Below the pieces are notes generated by a model. The model saw only the letters and a program-made list of their open reading frames with translations. It was not told the DNA's origin and made no database searches. The translations under genes and the position numbers were made by a program. A stretch of DNA of 64,000 nucleotides from Acidimicrobiia bacterium (GTDB taxonomy: Bacteria > Actinomycetota > Acidimicrobiia > Acidimicrobiales > SHLQ01), in contig JAWPMS010000001.1 of NCBI GenBank assembly GCA_033344795.1, positions 1,158,992-1,222,991 on the forward strand, given 5' to 3'. Shown piece by piece: positions 58,092-64,000 of this stretch (the first letter of the stretch is position 1; every line of letters begins with the position of its first letter).

Positions 58092-59117
58092 ATGACACCT
58101 GATTGGCAGCCGATAACTCCCGAAGAATTCGAGCTCTTGTTCGAACGACCGCTCGAGGATGAGTCGACTCACAGACCACTCAGGCTCGGGTTCGCCCAGG
58201 AGCCTGACGTTCTGTTGCGGTCATCATCCGAATCCGCACCGTCGACACCTCACAAGAGACGTCTCGTTCCCGTTGTCTGTTTCTCAACGGTGTTGTTCGT
58301 TGTGCTGCTGGTCGCGTTGGGAACGAACAGGAGTCAGTCCACCCCACGGGTGGGCGAACCCAGCCAACAGCTGACCGCTCGCCTCATAAAGTCTGGCTCC
58401 GACCCGGCCACCTCACTTCAAGAGTCCACGACGAATGACCCGTCGAACGCGACGCTCATTGCGCCTGCAACTTCTCCGCCCCGTCAGCCTTCGACCGAGT
58501 CCAAGAGTGCCGCTCTTCCCCTGTCGCTAGGCGATACAACCACGGCCAGCAACCACACTTCACCGACCGTTCGACCAGAAGCAGAACCGGATCGTTCATC
58601 CACGACGGTCGCGCGAGAACCGGCGGGCGACCATCGGGTGGCCAAAACGGCCCCGACCCAAGGACAGCCAGCCGCGGTGGTCACGACGACCACGGCCTCA
58701 AACGATGTCGCGGCGGTCAACATCGGAACCGAACCCCCTGAATCGACGAGTGAACCGGGCCGTGGCCGCACCGCCACGCCCCCGTCGACGACAAGCCGAC
58801 CAACAACGACAACAGAAGCGACCACGACGACCACAACCCCATCGACGACAAGCCGACCAACAACGACAACAGAAGCGACCACGACGACCACAACCCCATC
58901 GACGACTGAGGTGAGCACGACGATCGATCCGCCGTGTCATCCTGCTTACACAGGTGTGTGCGTCCCATTCGCTTCTGATGTCGACTGCAACAAGCGTGGA
59001 GGAGGCAGAGGCGGCAACGGTCCCGAGTTTGTCTCGGGTCCACTCATGGTGGTCGACCCTGAGATCGATCCCTACAAACTCGATCCAGACGGAGACGGCA
59101 TCGCCTGCGACAAGTGA
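58092..59117 (+). CDS. Membrane-anchored Ser/Thr/Pro-rich protein with C-terminal Excalibur calcium-binding domain
   Basis: 341 aa; TM LVPVVCFSTVLFVVLLVALG; repeats PSTTSRPTTTTEATTTTTT x2; C-terminus DPDGDGIACDK. Confidence 0.7.
   Translation: MTPDWQPITPEEFELLFERPLEDESTHRPLRLGFAQEPDVLLRSSSESAPSTPHKRRLVPVVCFSTVLFVVLLVALGTNRSQSTPRVGEPSQQLTARLIKSGSDPATSLQESTTNDPSNATLIAPATSPPRQPSTESKSAALPLSLGDTTTASNHTSPTVRPEAEPDRSSTTVAREPAGDHRVAKTAPTQGQPAAVVTTTTASNDVAAVNIGTEPPESTSEPGRGRTATPPSTTSRPTTTTEATTTTTTPSTTSRPTTTTEATTTTTTPSTTEVSTTIDPPCHPAYTGVCVPFASDVDCNKRGGGRGGNGPEFVSGPLMVVDPEIDPYKLDPDGDGIACDK
58785..58898 (+). repeat. Perfect 57-bp tandem repeat x2 (plus 8-bp partial third unit) inside the CDS
   Basis: TCGACGACAAGCCGACCAACAACGACAACAGAAGCGACCACGACGACCACAACCCCA at 58785 and 58842. 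Confidence 0.92.
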
Positions 59118-59131
59118 CCGTTCGAGCTGCT

Positions 59132-60547
59132 TCAGCTATCGAATCCGATTCCAAAACGTTCGAGCAACGAGAGCCACAGTCCCGGCTTTCCCTCATTCGC
59201 ATCAGCCTTCGCGATCTGGCTTCGGGTGAACTGAATCACCACGTTTCGAAGCGGCTCGGGAGGAAACGGCAAAGGCTTGCGCCGGACCATCGTGAGCTGG
59301 GTGCGTTCAGACATCCGGCCATCGACCAGGTCGAGTCCGACTCGCGCGCCCCAACGAGAGGCCCCAACGCCCAGACCGGTGTATCCCGCCACCCAGGACA
59401 GACGCCCGTCGTACTTCGTCCCGAACGCTGCGGTGAACTTCGACGTCGTACCGATGGGGCCCGCCCACCGGTGCGAAAACCCGAGCCCTTCCAATTGTGG
59501 AAAAGTCTCGAAGAAGTGACTGGCGATTGTGATGTGCGAGTCGATCCGGTGCTCGAACTCGGGGCCCATTCCATTGCCCTTGTAGTAGTTGGCGTCGTAC
59601 CCACCCCACAGAATGCGATTGTCTTCGGTGAGCCGGTAATAGTGGAACTGGTTGGCGAAGTCCGAGAGGCCACGCCGCGCTCCCCATCCAATTGCCGCCA
59701 TCTGGCTGGAGCTGAGCGGTTCGGTCATCAACACGTGGTCATAGATCGGGATCACGTAGTTGCGGATCTGCTTTTCGGGTTCTGCCCATGCATTGGTGGC
59801 AACCAACACCCGCTCGGCGGCGATTGCGCCGGCCGCCGTTCGAACGGTGAGCGAAGACTCGTTCGGGTCGATCGAGGTGACACGGCTGTTCTCGTGAACG
59901 ACGACGCCGAGTCTCTCCACGGTGGCCCGCAGGCCCCACACCAATTTGGCGGGGTCGATGATCGCTGTGCCGCTTGGCTCGATGACACCGGCGAGATACG
60001 TCGGCGAATCGACCTCGGCACGCGTCGCAGCCGCGTCGAGCAGCTCCGCATCTTCGCCATGCGCACGCAGCGTTTCGGCGTACTCGCCCATGTCGTCCAC
60101 TTGCCACGGCTGCGTTGCGACATTCATCGTGCCGGTGACCTCGACCGCGGCATCGATTTCAAGGCGATCGATGTCGGCCAAGAGTCCGGCAAGGTTCTCG
60201 TTGCCCATGCGACTGAGCGCCGCGATCTCGTTGGGCCAATGCGACAGCCCGTTCAACAACCCGTGCGTGAGTGACGCCTCGCAGAAGCCGCCATTTCGGC
60301 TCGAGGCACCATGGCCAATCCGTTCGGCTTCGACCACGTGAACCGACCGACCCGGCGATTCTTCGATGGCCTGCAGCGCGGCCCACAGGCCCGTGAAGCC
60401 ACCGCCCACGATGACGAGGTCGGCTTGGTGGGCACCCGTGAGCGACTCGCCGAGGTCCGGCGCAAAACTGCGATCGCTCCAATACACGGCGGGTTTCGCG
60501 TCGCGCACGGCCGCGTCGACTGCGGCCTGATCGACGCTCGCGCTCAT
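59132..60547 (-). CDS. FAD-dependent oxidoreductase (DadA/PuuB-like amine oxidase)
   Basis: ATG at 60547 overlapping the cupin stop; dinucleotide motif DLVIVGGGFTGLWAAL. Confidence 0.82.
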   Translation of the reverse strand: MSASVDQAAVDAAVRDAKPAVYWSDRSFAPDLGESLTGAHQADLVIVGGGFTGLWAALQAIEESPGRSVHVVEAERIGHGASSRNGGFCEASLTHGLLNGLSHWPNEIAALSRMGNENLAGLLADIDRLEIDAAVEVTGTMNVATQPWQVDDMGEYAETLRAHGEDAELLDAAATRAEVDSPTYLAGVIEPSGTAIIDPAKLVWGLRATVERLGVVVHENSRVTSIDPNESSLTVRTAAGAIAAERVLVATNAWAEPEKQIRNYVIPIYDHVLMTEPLSSSQMAAIGWGARRGLSDFANQFHYYRLTEDNRILWGGYDANYYKGNGMGPEFEHRIDSHITIASHFFETFPQLEGLGFSHRWAGPIGTTSKFTAAFGTKYDGRLSWVAGYTGLGVGASRWGARVGLDLVDGRMSERTQLTMVRRKPLPFPPEPLRNVVIQFTRSQIAKADANEGKPGLWLSLLERFGIGFDS

Positions 60548-60912
60548 GGAACGATCACATAGATCTTTGCCATGGGTTCGATCACTTCCCACCGACCAGC
60601 CCAACCCTTTGGCAGAGCAAAAATGTCACCTTCGGTCAGGTCGTGCACCGTGCCATCCGCGTTGGTGATGCGCAGGTGGCCCTTGGTGACCACCATGACC
60701 TCATCGACGGGATAGTCAGCCTCGTCCCAGACACCGACTTCCGATGTCCAGATTCCGGACTCGACGTTGCCTTCGGTCAGCGCGGCATACATCCACGCGG
60801 GATCACCCGACACGAACTGATCAGGACGGTCAGGGTCAGCCTCGAGCCGACCGGCCATAGCTTCCAAATTGTCGAACGCACGATCCATCACATCACCGTT
60901 TCTCTTGAACAT
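60544..60912 (-). CDS. Cupin (DUF861/EutQ-like) domain protein
   Basis: 122 aa; GIWTSEVGVWDEADYPVDEVMVVTKGHLRITNADG...FALPKGWAGRWEV. Confidence 0.72.
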   Translation of the reverse strand: MFKRNGDVMDRAFDNLEAMAGRLEADPDRPDQFVSGDPAWMYAALTEGNVESGIWTSEVGVWDEADYPVDEVMVVTKGHLRITNADGTVHDLTEGDIFALPKGWAGRWEVIEPMAKIYVIVP

Positions 60913-60923
60913 GTTTCCCCCGC

Positions 60924-61052
60924 CCCCGGCGTAAAGCCTGCGTGGCGAATGAACGCCCGCCGGAGGCGGAGAAAGAGCTTGCCTATCTACCCGTTCTGAC
61001 CGTCCCCGGCGTAAAGCCTGCGTGGCGAATGAACGCCCGCCGGAGGCGGAGA
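60924..61052. repeat. Perfect 49-bp direct repeat pair (80-bp period) in the intergenic region of the polyamine operon
   Basis: CCCCGGCGTAAAGCCTGCGTGGCGAATGAACGCCCGCCGGAGGCGGAGA at 60924..60972 and 61004..61052. Confidence 0.92.
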
Positions 61053-61113
61053 GCAGAACGGCAAACCCGTAGATGGCAGAATCGCGGCGGAGCCGCTGCC
61101 ATCGAAGGGTCCG

Positions 61114-62223
61114 TTACCCCTTTGCAGCGATGAAGGAGTCGCTGAAGTTGGTCTCGAAGTCACCCGTGTCCTCGATCTCTTCGAGCTTCGAGGTGTCGGT
61201 CGGGTACACGATTGGGTCGTCGAGAACTTCCTGATCGATGAACTCGACGGCTGCCTCGTTCGGGCTGGCGTACAGATTCCAGTTCGTCAACTGAGCTCCG
61301 CGCTCGGCGTCGAGCAGGAAGTCGATGAACGTGTGTGCAGTGCAGGGATGCGGCGCGTCCTTCGGGATCGCCATGTTGTCGATCCAACGCGTGCCACCCT
61401 CTTCTGGGACGAAGTAGGTGTACTGATCTGGATTCTCGGCATCGAGGAACTGGAACAAGAAGTTGCCGCTGTAGCCATGGGCGACCGCAGAGTCTCCGGT
61501 CACCAGCAATTCGTCGTACTGGTCGGAATCGAAGGCGGCGACGCGATCCAACGCACCGGTCACGAGCTCTTGTGCTTCGGTGAGTTCAGCCTCGCTGGTC
61601 GTGTTGAGCGAGTACCCGAGGTACTTGAGCGCCGCACCGAGGGTCTCTCGTGGGTCGTTCAACAAGGTCGCGACCTGTCCGTCGAGGCCGTACTGGGCTG
61701 CGAGGTCGGCGTCGAAGATCAGGCCCCAGGTTCGAGGAACGTCTTCACCGGTCACGGAGAGGTCGACACCAAGACCGGTCGTACCCCATTGGTACGGCGC
61801 GGTGTAGGTGCCCTCGGGGTCATATGGCAGCCCCGACGCAAAGTCTGCGGAGAGGTTTGAGATGTTCGGGATTGCGTCCTTGTTGAGCGGCTGGATGTCG
61901 CCGGCGTCGATCATGATCGACACCATGTAGTCAGACGGCACGATGAAGTCGTAGCCCGAACCACCTGCATTGATGATCGGCTGCATCGCTTCGTTCGAGT
62001 CGTAGTTGTCCTCGGTGACCTCGACACCGAACTCGGCCGCAAACGCGTCCTTGAGCTCGGGGTCCATGTACTCGGTCCAGTTGTAGATGGCGAGCGGACC
62101 ATCGGTCTGCCCCGCTTCGCACTCGGCCGCCGAAGCAGCGTCGTCATCGCCTCCACATGCCGCGGCGACCAACGCCACCGCTGTCATTGCGGCGACAAAC
62201 CGCATCTTTCGCTTCAATTTCAC
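61114..62223 (-). CDS. Spermidine/putrescine-type ABC transporter substrate-binding lipoprotein (PotD/PotF-like)
   Basis: GTG at 62223 with GGAGGG SD (ATG alternative at 62205); lipobox LVAAACGG; PotD-like core. Confidence 0.85.
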   Translation of the reverse strand: MKLKRKMRFVAAMTAVALVAAACGGDDDAASAAECEAGQTDGPLAIYNWTEYMDPELKDAFAAEFGVEVTEDNYDSNEAMQPIINAGGSGYDFIVPSDYMVSIMIDAGDIQPLNKDAIPNISNLSADFASGLPYDPEGTYTAPYQWGTTGLGVDLSVTGEDVPRTWGLIFDADLAAQYGLDGQVATLLNDPRETLGAALKYLGYSLNTTSEAELTEAQELVTGALDRVAAFDSDQYDELLVTGDSAVAHGYSGNFLFQFLDAENPDQYTYFVPEEGGTRWIDNMAIPKDAPHPCTAHTFIDFLLDAERGAQLTNWNLYASPNEAAVEFIDQEVLDDPIVYPTDTSKLEEIEDTGDFETNFSDSFIAAKG

Positions 62224-62254
62224 AATACCCTCCAGGGTTCTTTTGTTTCGAGAT

Positions 62255-63079
62255 TCAGGTTGTCGTCCCGCCACGAGCCCGCTGGGCAAACAGTGACAGT
62301 ACGACGAGAAAGACCGATGCGGCGAGCATGACCACCGAGACCGCATTGATGAGTGGCGACACGCCACGGCGAATGAGACCGAACACGTAGACCGGGAGTG
62401 TGGTCGAACCAGGCCCGGCGACGAACTGGGTGATCACGACATCGTCGAGCGACAAGGTGAGCGCCAGCAACGCTCCGCCGATGACCCCAGGCAGGATCAG
62501 CGGCAACGTGACAAATCGGAACGCCTGCCAACGCGAGGCATAGAGATCTTGTGCAGCTTCCTCGAGGGTTTCGGTCATGCCCGCGAGACGAGCCCGAACC
62601 ACGATCGACACGAAGCTGATGCTGAACGCGATGTGGCTGAGCGTGATCGTCGAGAACCCCTTGGTGACCTGCAAGCCAATGAGGTCGTCGAGGCTCGTGA
62701 AGAAGATCAACATCATCACCGCCATCGTGACGTCGGGAATGATGACGGGCAGATAGAGAAGTGCATCGAAGATGCGGTTGCCCTTGAAGCGATATCGCTC
62801 GAGCGCCAGAGCGGACAGTGTTCCGAGCACCACCGAGATGAGTGTCGACAGAATCGCCACCCGCACCGACACGCCGAGCGCCGATTGCACTTCGTCGTTC
62901 TCGGCGAAGTCGCCATACCACCGCAGGGTGAAACCACCCCAGCGGCCGACCAGGTTGTCGTCGCTGAACGAGAACAGCACCAACAAGGCAATCGGTGCGT
63001 AGAAGAAGACGTATACGAGCAGAGCGTTGATGCTCAGCGCCCAGCGGGTGCCGCCACGGAGTTCTTTTGGTGTGGCCAC
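62255..63079 (-). CDS. ABC transporter permease (PotC-like)
   Basis: 274 aa, 6 TM segments; EAAQDLYASRWQAFRFVTLP EAA loop. Confidence 0.85.
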   Translation of the reverse strand: MATPKELRGGTRWALSINALLVYVFFYAPIALLVLFSFSDDNLVGRWGGFTLRWYGDFAENDEVQSALGVSVRVAILSTLISVVLGTLSALALERYRFKGNRIFDALLYLPVIIPDVTMAVMMLIFFTSLDDLIGLQVTKGFSTITLSHIAFSISFVSIVVRARLAGMTETLEEAAQDLYASRWQAFRFVTLPLILPGVIGGALLALTLSLDDVVITQFVAGPGSTTLPVYVFGLIRRGVSPLINAVSVVMLAASVFLVVLSLFAQRARGGTTT

Positions 63080-63978
63080 TAGAGCGTCCTCCCGCCCTTG
63101 CGGAAGTACACCAGTGTCGCGGCGAGCATGATCGCCATGAGCACCGTCGACGAGGCCGCCCCGACCGGCCAGTTCCTAGCCGTGAGGAACTGCGTGACGA
63201 TGTAACTGCCCAGCAGAACCTGCTTGCCGCCACCGAGGATCTCAGGCGTGACATACGCGCCCAGACTGGGAATGAACACCAGGATCGAACCCGCGATCAC
63301 ACCCGGCATCGACAGCGGAAGTGTGACGCTGCGAAAGGTCTGGAACCCGGTCGCACCAAGATCACGACTGGCCTCCAGAAGACTCCAATCCATCCGCTCG
63401 ATGGCGGCGTAGAGCGGCAAGATCATGAACGGCAAGAAGCCGTACACCAGGCCCAACACGACCGCGGTCGGCGTGAACAGGATACGAGTCTCGCCCAACC
63501 CGATTGCCTCGGTGAGCTGTGAGACCGGCCCGTCGTTGCCGAGCAGCACGCGCCATGCGTAGTTGCGAACGAGAAAGTTCGACCAGAACGGGATCATCAC
63601 GAAGACCAACATCAGGTTTCTGACCGCGGGTCGACGTGTCGCCAAGAAGTACGCAAACGGATACGCAACCAGCAAACAGATGACGGTGGTCATGATCGCA
63701 AGACCGAGCGATCGAAACAGGATGTCTCGGACGATCGGGTCACCGAGTTTCCCGTAGGACTCGAGATTCCAACCCGACAAGTCGGTGCCGCCGAATCGAT
63801 TCCGCGTGGCGAACGAATAGACGACGACGATGATCAGCGGGAAGGCAAAGAAGATGATCAGGTACAGATAGGCGGGCAGAGCCATGAGAAAACCCTGACG
63901 CTGCCGCTTCCGTTCGTTCGCGACATCGAGATCGACGTGGTCGCCGAGCTCGGAAGGAGATTCCTGGACGGCGGTCAT
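63079..63978 (-). CDS. ABC transporter permease (PotB-like)
   Basis: 299 aa; EASRDLGATGFQTFRSVTLP EAA loop. Confidence 0.85.
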   Translation of the reverse strand: MTAVQESPSELGDHVDLDVANERKRQRQGFLMALPAYLYLIIFFAFPLIIVVVYSFATRNRFGGTDLSGWNLESYGKLGDPIVRDILFRSLGLAIMTTVICLLVAYPFAYFLATRRPAVRNLMLVFVMIPFWSNFLVRNYAWRVLLGNDGPVSQLTEAIGLGETRILFTPTAVVLGLVYGFLPFMILPLYAAIERMDWSLLEASRDLGATGFQTFRSVTLPLSMPGVIAGSILVFIPSLGAYVTPEILGGGKQVLLGSYIVTQFLTARNWPVGAASSTVLMAIMLAATLVYFRKGGRTL

Positions 63979-64000
63979 CAGTCGGCGACCACCCAGTCAG
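63978..64000 (-). CDS. 3' end of upstream gene, probably the ABC ATPase (PotA-like); truncated by the window edge
   Basis: TGA at 63978..63980 overlaps the PotB-like ATG; product inferred only from usual operon order. Confidence 0.3.

Noticed and set aside
60924-61052. CRISPR array (also considered for the 17-bp repeats at 53378/53441)
   Set aside because: Each has only two copies, no cas genes are in the window, and the repeats are internally palindromic with non-spacer-like flanks.

Overview
GC-rich, gene-dense chromosomal window that looks actinobacterial, possibly Acidimicrobiia-like; this is inferred from gene order and protein style, no search was run. Two origin-proximal housekeeping blocks sit on the minus strand: recF-DUF721-gyrB-gyrA-(TadE-like)-DUF3566-tRNA-Ile(GAU) at 3.1-10.4 kb, and rpsF-ssb-rpsR-rplI-(PAP2)-dnaB at 53.5-57.8 kb. 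Between and around them are accessory genes:
- a large membrane GGDEF-EAL protein with an extra CelD/BioF2-like GNAT domain
- a RecQ helicase with a ComF/PRTase-like tail
- a soxR-pirin-VOC-HAD cluster
- three ECF sigma / membrane-partner pairs
- a GMC oxidoreductase with a TetR regulator
- a two-component system next to an acidic exported protein and an ABC-2 exporter
- an ada/alkA/ogt alkylation-repair cluster
- zwf
- two divergent citrate-synthase paralogs, one with an N-terminal HTH
- hemolysin III, a Kbp (BON-LysM) homologue, malonyl-CoA decarboxylase, ribA and a 1171-aa indolepyruvate:ferredoxin oxidoreductase
- a polyamine-type ABC importer with an FAD oxidase and a cupin

No CRISPR array, rRNA, transposase, integrase or recognisable defence system was seen. 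The observations most worth follow-up:
1. A TlpA/ResA-like lipoprotein whose CxxC motif reads W-[UGA]-P-T-C, with a GGUC-loop hairpin downstream. It is a candidate selenoprotein that ORF callers split in two.
2. The GGDEF-EAL-CelD-like fusion.
3. Two long, sequence-related imperfect palindromic intergenic elements (16.0-16.3 kb and 52.8-53.5 kb). The second has a perfect 22+22 bp core made of two convergent terminator-like hairpins.
4. A ~50-bp palindromic repeat bracketing one ECF module.
5. An in-frame TAA splitting an ada-alkA fusion.
6. An HTH-citrate-synthase with a dense ATCAACGTTGAT operator array.
7. A perfect 49-bp repeat pair inside the polyamine operon.

All family assignments are by-eye motif recognition. 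In the ORF track, M can stand for a GTG or TTG start.
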